A stretch of DNA of 64,000 bases, taken from the human T2T-CHM13v2.0 reference genome, Homo sapiens. Positions within the stretch are counted from its first letter, which is position 1. Each line of letters begins with the position of its first letter. The notes under the pieces are model-generated. The model was not told where the DNA came from, did not search any database, and saw only the letters and a list, made by a program, of their open reading frames with translations. Made by a program: the position numbers and the translations under genes. This document shows positions 28,845 to 49,311 of the stretch, piece by piece. The DNA is taken from the NCBI RefSeq assembly GCF_009914755.1, contig NC_060941.1; one strand, written 5' to 3'.

Positions 28845-31800
28845 TTAAAGAGATAAAAGTTGTGCCTCTAGTGTCAGTACCCACCCCTTGCTTGGCTCCT
28901 CCAGATGGTCTGGAAACATAGATGGAAAGCAGGCGCTGCCCTCACCGACCTGGCCTCGGTAGCAGGAGTGTGTTTTTGTGTGGACAACTGCAGTTGGGCC
29001 CAGGTCCAGCCTTGCTGACGGCTACTCACTTGGGCCTCCACCCACTGATGAATTTTGGGGGCAGAGCCAAGCCCCAAGATATGTTGGCTGGCAGCCTGGG
29101 GCCAGGCAGGGCTGCTGTTGTGGGAGCCCAGTCCCAGGTGGGTTTGTGAGGTGTACGGGGAGTGAGGGGTTGAGAATGAGTGTTTTCAGAGCTGATGTGT
29201 TCTTAGCAAAAGAATTTCTGGCAGAGAGAGGTTGATTATCGTAAACCCAGCGGCTCTGATGGATGAGTTTCAGGTCTCCTGGCTTGTTCATTCCCAGCCT
29301 CGGAATGTCCAGCAAGGGCGGGGCCAGCCTGCGAGGCCAAGACCTCTTCTCACTGCATCAGAAGTTTAAATCCAGTTGAGCCCTCTGACTCGCACCTCTG
29401 TAGTGGTCTGGCCTGGGGAAGACTGGCTGGGGTGGACAGAAGGAGGGCGGGACCCTCAGAGCCCACTCTTCTAGTCTGTGTGCTGGAATCACCCCTGTCC
29501 TCCCCAACCTCCAACCCCGTCAAGCTGCACCAAGGATGTTTGGCCTCTGACTCAAAGAAGGCCTGGCCTTTCCAGGCTGCAGGGCCAGATCCTCTCAGCC
29601 AGCCCCTGCAGCAGGCCCCAGCATCCCAGAGAGGCAGCGGGTCCCTGTATGTGCTCAGCACCTTCTCTCTGTAGGCGGTTTCTCTCCCAAGACATTTGAG
29701 ACTTTTGCCCTCTGCCTGGTCACCTTCTTTCCTAGCCAGGATAGGGCTGGTGGATGGTTTTGTTTTTTTTTTTCCTTAAAGCCAATTCCAAACAAGGGCT
29801 GATATTTAGTTGGCCTTTCTTTTTCTTCTCTCATGGTTTTGTGGGTTGCTGGCACTTTAGGGACTCTGTTCAGAGTGGAGCCTCCTTACTCTACAGCTCG
29901 CTGGTAAGCCCTGGTGGCCCATCAGCCCACAGAAGGGGGCACTCACTCAGGTGAGTATGAATATTCACACTCCCCAGGATAAATATAGACTCGAAATAAT
30001 AGTTTCTAGTCAGTTTGGGTCAGATTTTCCCACTCAGTGACAAAAACAACTTTCATTATCCAGAGTTTTGTTTGAGTTGAGAATTTTGAATAAAGGGTGG
30101 TGGGTCTGCATCAACCACAGTTACAATATGCAAGAGCTGGGTCGTGACTTCATCCCTTTGGTCTTGGTGGGACATCACCCTGACCGGTCCCATTGCCACC
30201 TGGCACATGATGCACCTCAGTCGTCAGCGTGTGCCCAGCCCAGGGCCATGCAGAGTGAGCACTCAGGGAAGGCGCATGGAACTGGACTGGGTGGCTGGTG
30301 TGTTTGGTGATAGGTTAGCTCTGCTGTCAAAGCCAAGCCCAGGTGGGTCACTGTCACATACCCAGCACGGTGTGAGGAGCTCCTCCAGCCACTCTCAGGG
30401 GCAGCTCTCCTGACCCTGCCTCCTTGATTTTGGACCAGGCGCTTTTGTTTCTGGGCCAAGCACCTGCCTGTAGCAATGGGTGTGGGGACTTGGGTTTTGC
30501 TTTGCTAGTGGAGAATATGGCTGGGATCTGGGTTAGGGCAGAAAGCTCAGGTAGATGACAGGTGCCAGAGCAGTGGTTCAAACTTGGGAGAATCACAGCA
30601 GGAGCCTATTAACAATGCAGATTCCAGGGCCCCTTGATAGACCTGGGAAGGGGGGTGCAATCAGCATTGTTAATAAGTTTGTGTGATTGTGAGGCAGGTG
30701 GCCCCAGGATTGTGCTCTGGTTGGGTGGACCAATAGGTAAAGCACAGTGTGATGAGCTTTGGGATGATGGAATGGGGAGAAGGAAGGGGCTGTAACCCAG
30801 GGAGAGTCTGGGGTCAAGGAAGGTCACCCAGAAGAGGTGAGCTGAGTCTTGAAGAACAAAGCAGGAATGGTAATAATAGCTAATCTTGATTGAACGCTTT
30901 GTGCCAGGCACAGTTCTAAGCCTTTTCCATGAATGAACCCATTCAGTCCTCCAGACAACCCCTGAAATAGGTAGTAACCCCAGACTCACACAGGAACAGA
31001 CAAAAGCACTCGGGGTTAAGTTGCTGGCCCGAGGCTAGTGAGTGGTGAGCTAGGTCTTGCCTGCTTATTGCACGGCACCACGTGGGGTAAGGTGTGCCAG
31101 GCAGCGGGAGCAGCTCAGCACAGTGATGCAGGTGTGCTGTTCAGTGGTTCAGATGATGCAGAACCTAGTGTGGGGGGACTGCTTCAGTTCTGCTTTGTTG
31201 GTGGAGAATATGTCTGTGATCTTGGTTAGGACAGAAAGCTCCGGGTGGATGACAGGTGCCAGAATGTCAGTTTGAGAGGGCTGAGGCTGGAGCTGGCAAT
31301 CGGGATAGCAGGCACACTTCCTCACAGTCTGAACTGGAAGGAGCGTGGAGTGTTGGGGAGAAGATGCAGTGTCAGTGCCCAGGGTGCAGCGAGGCACGGG
31401 CTGGCACCCTGACCCAGCCCCCTTCCCAGAGGGGAAGAATTCGCTATGGCCCAGCCCCTGCCCTTGGGGTCTGAGGGGATCCACTTTTGTTAGGAGCCTG
31501 CTACACACTTTGCTTTCTTTCGATCCTTACATTGCCCTTCCAGGTGGGCTTATTATTCCTATTACAGATAAGAGAGCTGAGGCTGGGAAGCCGAGTAATT
31601 TACACAGGGTCAGGTCATACAGCAAGTTAGCAGGTAGTGGTGCCAGCAGCTGGCTGTCTTTTGTGGGGATGTGTTTTCACCACAGCGGTGGCAACCTGTG
31701 TCCTGACAGGCCAGGTTCCTGCATGGACAGTGGGGCCCCCAAAGAGCAGGTGCAGTGCCAGGCTGGACAGATTCCAGCTGTGCCGGGGCCTTGGGCAAAG

Positions 31801-33044
31801 TGGCCTGGCCTCAGGAGACACGTTTCCTGTTGCTGGGTGACATTCCACAGGTGGGAGGCACATGCAGGACCTCATTCCCTAGGGGCCTTCCTGGTCTGGG
31901 CCCTGATGCCCTGACGCTGGGGTTGACCCTCTACTGCCCTGGAGGCTCACCTGGGCCTCGGGACAGAAGGGATTGTCCCATTAAGGAGAATCCTCTACGA
32001 GTCTCTGATTCTGGAAGCTCTTGTTTTTTATCCTCCCATACAAAAAACAAATTGGCCACCAGTCTCTTCCCTTCTTTTTGGCCACTGTCTCACCATCTCC
32101 TTCACCCAACCTTGGTTTCTTTCAGCCTGTGCTTCCCAGCAGAGCCTGTGGGCTTGTTGATTTGAACCCAGAAACCACCTAGGACATTCCAGAGGTCTTC
32201 ACACTTGTCTTTGTTGCCCATTGTAGGCCGTTTTCATAGAAGGGTATTGGGAGGACCTGCCTTCCCACTCAGGCCAATGTGAAGCTGTTGCTCTTTTGCT
32301 AAGGGCAGGGTGGGATATGGCCGAGAATTGGTGGGCGGGCCTGAGATCCATTCAGCAGCACCCCAGGGCGTGCTGTTTCTCACAGGTTGCAGCCTCTTCC
32401 AGCCCCTTTGCTTTCTGTGACAGAGCTGAAAGTCTCATTTCCTCTTTGGCTTTCCCTTTGAAATGGGAGAGAGGGTGGTGGGAGCTTAGCTCCTTCCAGG
32501 CCCATTTTACAGGCAGAGTAACCAAGGCCGCGACTGCTGGAGAGAAGCGGAACCGGAGTTCCCGTGCCCATTCCTGTTGGAATCTCCTGTCTGTGTGCCG
32601 TTCTTTAAGATGGGCTGGAGAGAGTCGGGGCAGCTCTTCTCCCGGGTTTTCAGGCCTGGGTTGCTCTTCTGGGCACTTCCTGGTGTTTTCTTCTCTTTGC
32701 CTGAATCAGGCCTGGCCTCAGGCCTGGTTACAAGAAGGTTGGAGGCTGGCTGTCTTCTGTTCATGTGTCACGCCAGGCCTGAGACCATCATTGTCTCTCT
32801 GAGATGGTCCACGCCCCTCCTGTGAACACAGGGGCTACAGACTATAGTATAGTTCTTGCCACGTTCCCGAGTTTTGGGGGCTGCTCTCCACATTGGGATT
32901 CCACCAGGATGCTGGTCTGCAGTTTCCTGCAGGCAGAAGGCGCTGGGTTCTGAGTTGGCTTTAGGTGGAACCCAGGTCATTCCTGGGTATGCCTTGGGAG
33001 GGCGGCGAGGCTGGCCGCAGCTGGGCCCGGCATCGGAGAAAATT

Positions 33045-33134
33045 GTGTCTCTCTGGAGACCCTGCAGCCTTCCCACCCACCAGGGAGCTTTCCATGGGCT
33101 GTGGGGAAGGCGTCAGTGTCGGGTGAGGGAACAC
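33045..33134 (+). ncRNA. MIR4725: microRNA precursor miR-4725
   Basis: 5p AGACCCTGCAGCCTTCCCACC (33057-33077) and 3p TGGGGAAGGCGTCAGTGTCGGG (33102-33123) form a hairpin immediately upstream of MIR365B. Confidence 0.88.
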
Positions 33135-33186
33135 CAGCTTCACCTCGGCTCATCTGGGCGTGGCAGACGACTGCTTCCTCACCTGG

Positions 33187-33297
33187 AGAGTGTTCAAGGA
33201 CAGCAAGAAAAATGAGGGACTTTCAGGGGCAGCTGTGTTTTCTGACTCAGTCATAATGCCCCTAAAAATCCTTATTGTTCTTGCAGTGTGCATCGGG
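33187..33297 (+). ncRNA. MIR365B: microRNA precursor miR-365b (mir-365-2)
   Basis: 5p AGGGACTTTCAGGGGCAGCTGT (33215-33236) and 3p TAATGCCCCTAAAAATCCTTAT (33254-33275). Confidence 0.98.
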
Positions 33298-33707
33298 CAG
33301 CGGCCAGCAACCTGCCTCTCACCCACCTGGCCCTTCTGGGAGGACCGGGACTTCCTGGGGTCAGATTGGAATGTACGTCCAAAATAAGAGTGAATGGGGA
33401 TTTGCTGATTATTAAAACAATTTTGTTTGCGTGCATTTTTAGCATCTTCTCTTCTGGTGGAGGATTGGAGTGGCTGAGGGTCGGGAGGGCTGGACATCAA
33501 GATATTCCTGTGCAGGTTGGAGCCCAGGAGGGTGCAGGAACTCCCTGGTTTGTGTGCAGTGAAGGCCTGGAAGAGCCTAGCTGCACGTGCAGTGCCCAAG
33601 GAAGGTCATCTTCCGGGTCAGTGATGTTAGAGGCAACAGAGTTGGGCTGGACAAGATGCCCCCCAACCTTTCCTGAGAAGTTGAGGCAGGAGTAGAGGAG
33701 GCATCTA

Positions 33708-34106
<399 letters not shown>

Positions 34107-34178
34107 TCACTTCATGGATCTCCTCCATTCTCAGCAGGTCTCCCTACCCCTACCCTATCCAGCCCCACCCTGCAGATA

Positions 34179-34514
34179 CAGTCATGCACTGCCTAACGAT
34201 GTTTTGGTCAACGAGGGACCGCATGTAGGACAGTGGTCTCATAAGATTATAACACTGTTTTTACTGTGCCTTTTCTGTTTAGATACACAAACGCTTGCCA
34301 TTGTGTTCTAATTGTCTACAGCATTCAGGATAGGAACGTGCTGTACAGATGTGTAGCCTAGGAGCAATGGGCTCCCCCACCTAGCCTAGGTGTGCAGCAG
34401 GCTATTCACCATCTAGGTTTATGTAAGCACACTCTGTGAGGTTGGCACAATAACAAAATCACCTAACAATGCCTTTCTCAGGATGGATCCCCGTTGTTAA
34501 GTGACACATGACTC
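34179..34514. mobile_element. Tigger3a (MER7A/Golem) DNA-transposon MITE
   Basis: TIRs CAGTCATG...CATGACT flanked by TA; internal TAGCCTAGGAGCAAT...TAGCCTAGGTGTG and CTAGGTTTATGTAAG. Confidence 0.85.
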
Positions 34515-34582
34515 TATTTTGACCAGCCAAGGCTTTTGGAGGTCCTGGGGGATTGTCGAGAAGCAGAAATACCTTTTTTTAA

Positions 34583-38120
<3,538 letters not shown>

Positions 38121-40663
38121 AGTTATTATTTTTTTTTTTCTTATGTTCCTCAGGTGAGTCTCTTAAGCAATCAGAGGAGAACTGTTGGGTTAAATGCCCA
38201 CAAGCTAGAGATGGAAGAGGTTTCCTCCAGCTTTGCCTTCAGAGCCCGATCAAGGGATGTGACCATTTGCAGTTGGCCAACTTTCATTTCCGTTACTGTC
38301 TCTGCTGCTCAGTCATCTTTTGATCCTCATTTTGCAAGCAGAAAACTGAGGCTAAGGGGATCGGGGGACTTATCTGAAGACACAGAATATGGCAGAGATG
38401 AGATGTAAAATACACAACTTCTGACCCTCCAGATTAGTGCTGTTTCAGTAGTACTAGTCATTAGTATTCATGATGAGCATATGGATCATAAGAAGCATAT
38501 TCTTGTGCTTAATAATAATTGGACACTTGGTCATCACAGTATGCTGAGGCGTGGGTAGGGGCTGCCCCAGCAGGGTGAGTCATCATCCCCTAGTTTCCCA
38601 ATGCTCTGTGTCCCCTGCCAGCCAGCCTGGACCCACAGCTGCCCGCAGCCTGCCCTGTTGCACTAATCCCAGCTGTGGGCACGGTGAGATTTGGCCCCAT
38701 TTTACACATGAGGAACAGGCTCAGAACACTCAAGAGGCTTGGCCCATGTCACCCAGCTCTCCTTGCCTGGACAGAGGCATCTAGGAAGGAACACAGCCCT
38801 GCATGGGGCTTGCTTGTCTGAGTCCTCAGGGACAGAGCTCTACTGGGGGTGCCCAGGTCTCTAGCAGACTGTCCCTGCCCCTCTCTCCTTCCTGCCCAGC
38901 TCAGCTCCAGAGGCCTGGCCTGCGGGCAGGCTGGGCAGGCAGCCAGCGCAGGGAGCTAACGATGGGTGCATTGTCGGCTCCAGGAAGTGGTCAGCTGTTC
39001 CCTGGCAGGTCTGCAGAGCCGGAGGACCAGCCTGCCTTGCTCGTGGAGGGTAGAGATAGAATCTGGGAGCTCAGAACACCATTTTCCCGGAGCCCAGTGG
39101 CTCTGGGCCAGCCCTCGGGCTTCCTTTGGAAGGGAGGGCCCCGTGTACTCCTCCGCTCCTTCCTTGCTTGGCATTGGCCCTCTCCCTCCTCAGTCTGGCT
39201 CTCACCGTCCCCCGGCCCAGCACTTTGCAGCAGAGTGTACACTCTTGGCAGCGATGTCCATTAAACCTGCTTCCCAGAAAGCAGCATGGCTGTACAGGCA
39301 GATTCAGCCAGCACCTTAGTGGGAGATGGGGCAGTGGGCATCAGCTCAGGCTTTTCTTGCCCAGGTTCCCTGGGGAGCTGGGTTGGAAGATAGCCCTAAG
39401 CTGCCTTGGCTTCCTGCTTCCTGGATCAGAAGTGCCCTCAGCTCAGTCAGCAGCCTAGCCGCTGGACAAGGCTGAGACAAGCGCTTTGACCTCCTGGAGT
39501 TGGGCTGGGACGAGCCTTTGCCTGGGAGTCTGATCAAGGCGGTCACTGAGCTGAGAACCTGGGGTAAAGCTCCCTGCTGAGCCTGTTGCCTCATTTGTTT
39601 GATGGGTGCCATAGTTCCCTGTAGGAATGTGGGTACTTTCTAGGCTTCTTCCAAATAGATACAAGAAATTGTGGCTGCCTTTCCCTTCCCGGCCAGGAGT
39701 ACACTTCAGCAGAGAACTCAGTGATGCCTGGCATGGGGAAGATGCCCAGTGAATGGTGGTTGCCCCACACGGCTCAGGAAATGAAGTTTGGGTCACAGCC
39801 TGAGGATGGTGCCTTCCATCCTTGACCCTGCAAGGACAACCTTTCCTGACAGTCTCCTCCCTGGGTGAAGTATTGGGACAGTGGCTCTGGACTGGAAAAC
39901 TGAAGCTTTACCTCTTTGCTCTGGATTCCCATCAGGTCTAGATTGCTGAGGCCCAGCGCCCACAGAGGCATCTTCCCCTCTAGGGGGTTTGTCCTATAAG
40001 CCCGGACTCCGTCAGCTCCGAGGCACTCCTGCTGGGCCTGGGCCAGAGTGGCTGATGTGGAACTGCTCCCTCCCCTGCCAGCTTCCTTGGGGTGCAGACA
40101 GCCCAGCACAGGCAGGAAGGGCTTTCTGTTTGGCTGGACTGGTGGGGAAGCAATTAGTGCTTACTTTCTGTTTTGATTCTTGTATCTAATAGGCAGAGTT
40201 TGTGATGTCACGGAAAAGCAGCCTTGGGCCCGCGTGGGTTTGAGGTCTGTCCCTGATAGTCTGGCCAATGTGGAATTGTCTGGAGGTAGGGGTGTATGCT
40301 GACACTACTCCCTGGGTATGAGGTGGCCATCTGTTGGCTTTCCATGCCCCCTTCTGATAATACCTCTTTTAATACCTCTTTTTTCTGTTAATAACTTCAG
40401 GAGATCACTTCTCCCCTACCCTGTATCTCTGGGGTTCTGGTGTGGCCAACCCCAAACCCTGGCTTTAGACACTGGCATGTGTTCCAGGCCTGGAGGCCAA
40501 GTCCTGAGACTCTGCCATGGGACATCTGCAGCAGTTATGGGGAAAGAAGCATTCTTTTTCTGAGGGAGTTGCTGTATTGATAGGATGTAGGCTGGGAACT
40601 GCTGGTGGCCATCCTGTCCTCAACTTGACAAAGCCAACAAAGAGGAAAGAAAATGAAGAGATG

Positions 40664-41424
<761 letters not shown>

Positions 41425-41509
41425 TCCTTTTTTCCCTAAAACCAGCCTGAGTTGGGTTTCTGTCACAGAAAGGGTTTTAATACAGGCAGTGTTTTTCTTT
41501 GGTCTTGTA

Positions 41510-42010
41510 TTTTTTAAAATAAACTTTATTGAGGTATACTTTACATGTAACAAAACCCACCCGTAAGTGTATAATTCATAAGTTTTGTCAAATGCGTGCA
41601 CCCTTGTAACTATTGCCACAATCATGATGTGGAATATTTCTTATTTGCCCCTAAAAGTTTCTTTATCCCCTTTATGACCAATCCCTCTGACTCAGACAAC
41701 CTTGATCTGCCTTTGTTTTGCAGATTCATTTTGCCTTCTCTAGAATTTCATGTAAAGGTCATCATATAGCATGTACTCTTTTGTGTCTGGTTTCTTTTAC
41801 TCAGCATGTTTTTGAGACCCATCCACATGTTGCATGCATCTCAGTAGTTCGTTCCTTTTTATTGCTGGAAGGCATTCTATTATTCTATTGTATGGGTGTG
41901 CCACGGTTTGTTTAGCCATTTATCAGGTGACAGATATTTGAGCTGTTTCCAGATATTGCCTATTATGACTAAGGCTGTTTTGAACATTCACGTATGTTTC
42001 TTTCATTCGT
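41510..42010 (-). mobile_element. L1ME-type 3' fragment
   Basis: AACTTTATTGAGGTATA...TTTTGCCTTCTCTAGAATTTCAT...TTACTCAGCATGTTTTTGAGA. Confidence 0.75.
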
Positions 42011-42293
42011 TGTATGGGCGTATGTTTCAATTTTTATATCTAGACATCAGCCTCATTTTACTGTTGAGGAAACAGGGTCAGAGAGGTAGAATGACCTGTC
42101 CAAGGTCACATGGCTGATGAACCTAGGGCTGGTGCAGGGAACACAGCTGGACCAGTGAGGTAGCTGGAGGAATGGCACCTTTCTCCTTTTGGGTATTTGG
42201 GTGTCCCTTCATAAATGGAGCTTGGGACTGCTTGGAAGGTGCTCATGGAATCCTGGTAGCCAAGAACATCATTGCTGGGAGGGACTGTCAAGA

Positions 42294-42645
42294 TGTCTCC
42301 CAGCGTCTGTTCTCCCTTTCTCCTAATAGTAACACTCCCTTTCCTTGGAGAACTGCTCCCCTATCGCTCTATCTGGTCCTGGAGCATTTTAGCCTTCTTG
42401 GTAACCCAGTGGTCACATGACCTTGGTGAGCCAATCACACCCTGGATTGGTTCAGGGACTGGACATGAGATCCAATCAGAGTCCTTCCCTGGAATATTTG
42501 GAATTTTTCCCCGAAACTCTAAGGAGGATATTTTGGCCTTAAGCTAAGTTGAAATTAATGCATCTTATCCAGTGTTAAAGAAAAAGCTGGAAATGTGGGT
42601 GGGTGGCCCTGGGACCCTGAGAGGTAGGTGCCTACCATGTGCCAA
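42294..42645 (+). repeat. Order-permuted local duplication of 46331-46547 joined to 45786-45921
   Basis: 42294-42512 aligns to 46331-46547 and 42513-42645 aligns to 45786-45921, roughly 85% identity by eye. Confidence 0.9.
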
Positions 42646-42886
42646 TGATCATGTGCCATAATTCTCACCTTTCACCTGTCTAGACCAATGTTATTTTCCC
42701 CCTGTGGATTCCAGGGCTTGAAAGATAATATCTACTAAACCCCATACAGGAAGCCAGAATCCACTTCCCCAAATGTATTCTTCAAGGCATATGCACAACT
42801 CACTGTCTCAGCTGACTGCTCCATCACTACACAAGCCAAGGGAAGGACCTGGAGTTGAAATCATTCCAGCCGTAGGCAAAGAGGAC

Positions 42887-42925
<39 letters not shown>
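42887..42925. repeat. (GAT)13 microsatellite
   Basis: Directly visible. Confidence 0.95.
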
Positions 42926-42927
<2 letters not shown>

Positions 42928-43686
42928 GCTTGGCACCAACAAATTATGGACTCCTCCCAGAGGTCTGGAGGATGTCAGGTTGGCAATCTCAGTTTAGTCC
43001 AGCTGCCCATTTCACAGATGCTTCAGCCAAGGAAACTGAGGCTCGGAGAAGTTAAGGCCTGGCTGGAATGTGGCTGTGTCACATGCATCTTGCTTGCCTC
43101 ATCAGATCCTCGCAGCTCCCCCACCCGTCAGACCATTGGCTGCTTGCTGGGCCTTGGCCACAGCCAGGGCTGAAGGACTCCATGGGGTCCCCGCAGTTGT
43201 TTCCACAGCTAAAGCCGACCAGCTGCTTTTCCAGCCTGACTTCTCTGAGACCACATCCCAGGAGGACGTGGGACCTGGCTCCCACATGGCTGCTAAAGGG
43301 GCTGGAGAATGCAACCCAGAAGTGGGGTGGGGGCGAGAGAGTTCTATGGGATGACCTTTGAGCAATAGGAAATGGGAGGGTAAATTCCTTCTTTCTCTCT
43401 CCCTTCCTGGAGCCAAGGTTTGCTTGCTGTGAAGTGGCAGCCGTGTGGTTATCCATCGTCTTGCCCTGCTTCCTATCAATTTCGTACTTCACTCCTCTGT
43501 TCCCTCATTCCTGCCCTGTGGAGCTTCAACCTCCAAATTAAAGCTTCAGCAATTAATTCCTTGCCGAAGGATATTTCCTAGTGAACCCAGGCAGCCTGGC
43601 TCCAGGATCTGCCCTACTCTACTCAGCAAACATTGAACCAGAGGATAGATGTGTGGGAATGTGAATAAATGAATAACTATCTGTGA

Positions 43687-44212
<526 letters not shown>

Positions 44213-44739
44213 TTTATCTGTGATTTATGTATCATTACTATGGGGATGGGAGAGTTGATAGGGGGCCAGGATGGTGCCAAATTCATCAGAGATTATTCCC
44301 CTTGCTGTCTTCCCCTCCATTCACTACATTTAATCAGTCAAATACTCTCTGATCTTCTGCTGTATTTCAGAGGCTATGGCCTCCCCACTAACCTCTCTGC
44401 CTGGTATAAAAGAATCCATACTCCCTGATCCTCCACTGAGGTATGAGATGCTGGCAAGGTACTCTGCCTCCCTGAGTGGGTCTGCCTCCCTGAGTGGGTC
44501 TCCCAGTCTGAAAAATAGGATTAAGAATGTTCTCACTGCCTAGGACCTCTGCAGGGCTTAACTTAGTTTGTGCCTGGTGCATGAGTGTAGCGGGCATTGT
44601 TGGGGCTGCCTGTGCCTCACCATGTCTTCCAATAAGTCCCAGTTTTGGGGCCCAGTCTCAGTCCCTACTGAGTAAATGGTGCTGTCTTCTACACCCCCTT
44701 CCCAGGCCTGCCACCAGATCCAAGTTCAATCACCACATC

Positions 44740-45133
44740 CCATGCTTTGACTCCAAGAATTGGCTCAGGCCTGGGCATGGGACTTAAGTCTGGCCAGGCA
44801 CTGTAACAGTGCCCCAAAGGTTTGCTGGAACGATCAGGAAAGAGGTACTTGCTCTTTGCTGAGATCATTGGCTTGCAGCTGCCAGAGGCCATTTTTACTA
44901 TTCGGCTGTTTGAGAATGAAGTCAGTAGAATGAAGTCAGAAGGAAGTGGAGCAAGAGCCAGCACAGGACGCAGAGTCCCGATGATGTCTTTGTAGCTCCT
45001 GGATCCAGCCAGGCCAGAAGCTAGTTAATCTCTGGTAATTTTAGGAATGAAGACATCAACATTTTCCTTTTTATTTGCTTAAGGCAGTTTGAGTTGTTTC
45101 TGTGACTTAAAACCAAAATGATCCTGACTAATA
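44740..45133 (+). mobile_element. ERVL LTR16/LTR33-like solo LTR remnant
   Basis: GGGCATGGGACTTAAGTCTGGCCA; CTCCTGGATCCAGCC; GCTTAAGGCAGTTTGAGTTGTTTCTGTGACTT...CTGACTAATACA end. Confidence 0.65.
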
Positions 45134-46577
45134 CAGTAGGTTCCCTATGAATGATCGCTGTGGTTATTGCAACTAATATTAGAAACACATCGATGGGAAG
45201 ATGCAACCACGGGGATGCATAGGCCAGGTTCCTTCAGGGGCCACCGCAGCTCTTCACACATCATGCCCGGGATATCAGGTCCCAGAGGGTGAGTTTTTTT
45301 CTCTTTGCTGCTGATGTATCCCAGGTGCCTGGCAGATGGCAGGTGATTGGTAAACATCTGTTGAATGAACAAATGCAGTGGGCCCATTGTCCATTGTCTG
45401 GTCCAGTGCGCCCTGCCTCCCAGTCCCCATGCCAGGGTACACACTTGCTCTCCACTTATCCTTAGCTGACCTCCGAAGCTAGGAGGAGGGGCTGCCAGGA
45501 GTCTATCTTGGCAAACTGATCTCTTGTTTTTACAATTTCACAATTTTCCTAGAAAGTATCCTTTCTAGGGCCTCATTCATCCCTTTATTCATATATTTGA
45601 TTTAAAAAAATCTTTATGAATGAGTGTCCATTTTGTTAAGTACTAGAGAAAGATGCAAACGTGAATACTATTTTGCCTGCCTTCAGGGAGCACCTGTTCT
45701 AATGGGGATTACACTGACAATTTTGGTGTAGTCAGGTTATCTTAGGCATTTGGATAATTTTCTAGTATTCTACAGACCAGATAATGAAACAACTCTAAGA
45801 AGGACATTTTGGCTATAAGCTAAATTGAAATTAATGCACCTTAGCTAGTGTTGAAGAAAAAGCTGGCAATGTGGATGGGTGGCCCTGGGACCCTGGGAGG
45901 TAGATGTCTACCTCGTGCCAAGCTCTCAGCTTCCCAAGCCAATCTATAACAACTGCCGACTTGGAATCACTGTTGCATCATACTGATGGAGAAGTAGGCT
46001 CAGAGAAGTGAAGTAATTTCCCTGAGCAGAAATGGAATCCGAACCCATAATTGTGCTGTAGCAGGGACCGTCTGGTCCTTGGAATTCATAAGACGTCTCA
46101 GTGGGCAGTGGCTGATTGTCCATTAGCTCTCATAGAACCTCCTGTGGATGTTGTGGCTCTTTCCACATTCACCCTTGGATAACAGTGATTTGTTTCCTTG
46201 TCTACATCTCCCATCCCAACTCCCTAGAAGAGCTCCCGGTTGCAGTCATCTCCACAGCTGTCATACTTGTACCTTGTACCAGGGACAGGCCCATGGTAGA
46301 GTCCCAGTGTCATGAGCTTCTGTTGATTTTTGTCCCCAGCATCTGTTCTCTCTTTCTTCTAATAGTAGCACTCTCTTTGCTCAGAGAACTGCTTCCCTAT
46401 CACTCTATCTGGTCCTGGAGCATTTTAGCCGTCCTGGTAACCCAGTGGTCACATGATCTTGGTGAGCCAATCATGCCCAGGTTTGGTTCAGGGGCTGGAC
46501 ATGAGATCCAATCAGAGTCCTTTTCTGGAATATTTGGAATTTTCCCCTTGGATCATGAGCTGTTAAGAATCTGACTC

Positions 46578-46883
<306 letters not shown>

Positions 46884-47058
46884 CTAGAGCTACCAGTGGC
46901 TGTATGGTGGAGCCTGAGAGAATGAGGCCCTGAAGCAGTCAGCTGAGATTATTAGCCCCTCTGCCTTTCTGTGTCTGGCTTATATGAGGCAATAAACTCC
47001 ATCCCTTTTTTACCTTATTATTATCAAAATATACAAGAGCATAGTAACAAATCAAATA

Positions 47059-47295
47059 CACGTTGAATATCTCTTACCCAAAAGGTGTGGGAGTAGAAGT
47101 GTTTCAGATACTGGATTTTTTTTAAATTTTGGAATATCTGTATTATACTTACGGACTGAACATCACAAACCCGGAATCCAAAAATTTAAAATGCTCCAAT
47201 GAGTATTTCCTTTGCGCATCATGTTGGCACTCAAGATGTTTCAGGTTTTGGAGCCTTTTGGATTTCGGATTTGTGGATTTGGAATGCTGCCCCTA
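47059..47295. mobile_element. Tigger4a (MER46A/Zombi) MITE
   Basis: AGAAGTGTTTCAGAT, AAAATGCTCCAATGAGTATTTCCTTTG, TTTTGGATTTCGGATT motifs; about 236 bp, TA-flanked. Confidence 0.85.
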
Positions 47296-47602
47296 TAGCA
47301 CAGAAGAGCTTATAAAGAAAATCCCCAGCCTTCTGCCCTATTCTCCCCGCTTTACCCCAGCTGTACTCCAGACACAAGCTGTTTCACACATTTCCTTTTG
47401 TGTTTTTTTCTGTAGTTACCCCAGTTACTAGATCATATGCTTACACACCTATTTCTTGATTTATAACTTTAGACCAATAGCCATCAACTTTTCTGTAAGG
47501 TACATGAGGATTTAGCTTATTTACCCTCCTAACCCCCTCAACTTTGAAATGTATAGTACATGTAGGTCATCTACTGATGACCTATATCTAATAGTTTATT
47601 TC

Positions 47603-49071
<1,469 letters not shown>

Positions 49072-49311
49072 TTCCACAATAAATGTTTATAGCTTTGTCA
49101 ACAGGTCGACTCAAAAGATTCCCAAGAAACAACATTTACAGGACTATGATTATGAAACGCTGTTTACTGTAAACTCTTTTAGCCAAAGCTAGTTTGATTT
49201 GGGTTTGTGTTGGTTATGGCCAATGTGTCCTGACTTATACACTCAAGTTTTGTTGAGTCGAATGAGGTGTGTCCACATGCCTTCAAACACAAGCGGGGAC
49301 AGAGCTCACCC

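Noticed and set aside
42773-42997. ORF with a poly-Asp tract
   Set aside because: Produced by the (GAT)13 microsatellite; no other coding evidence.
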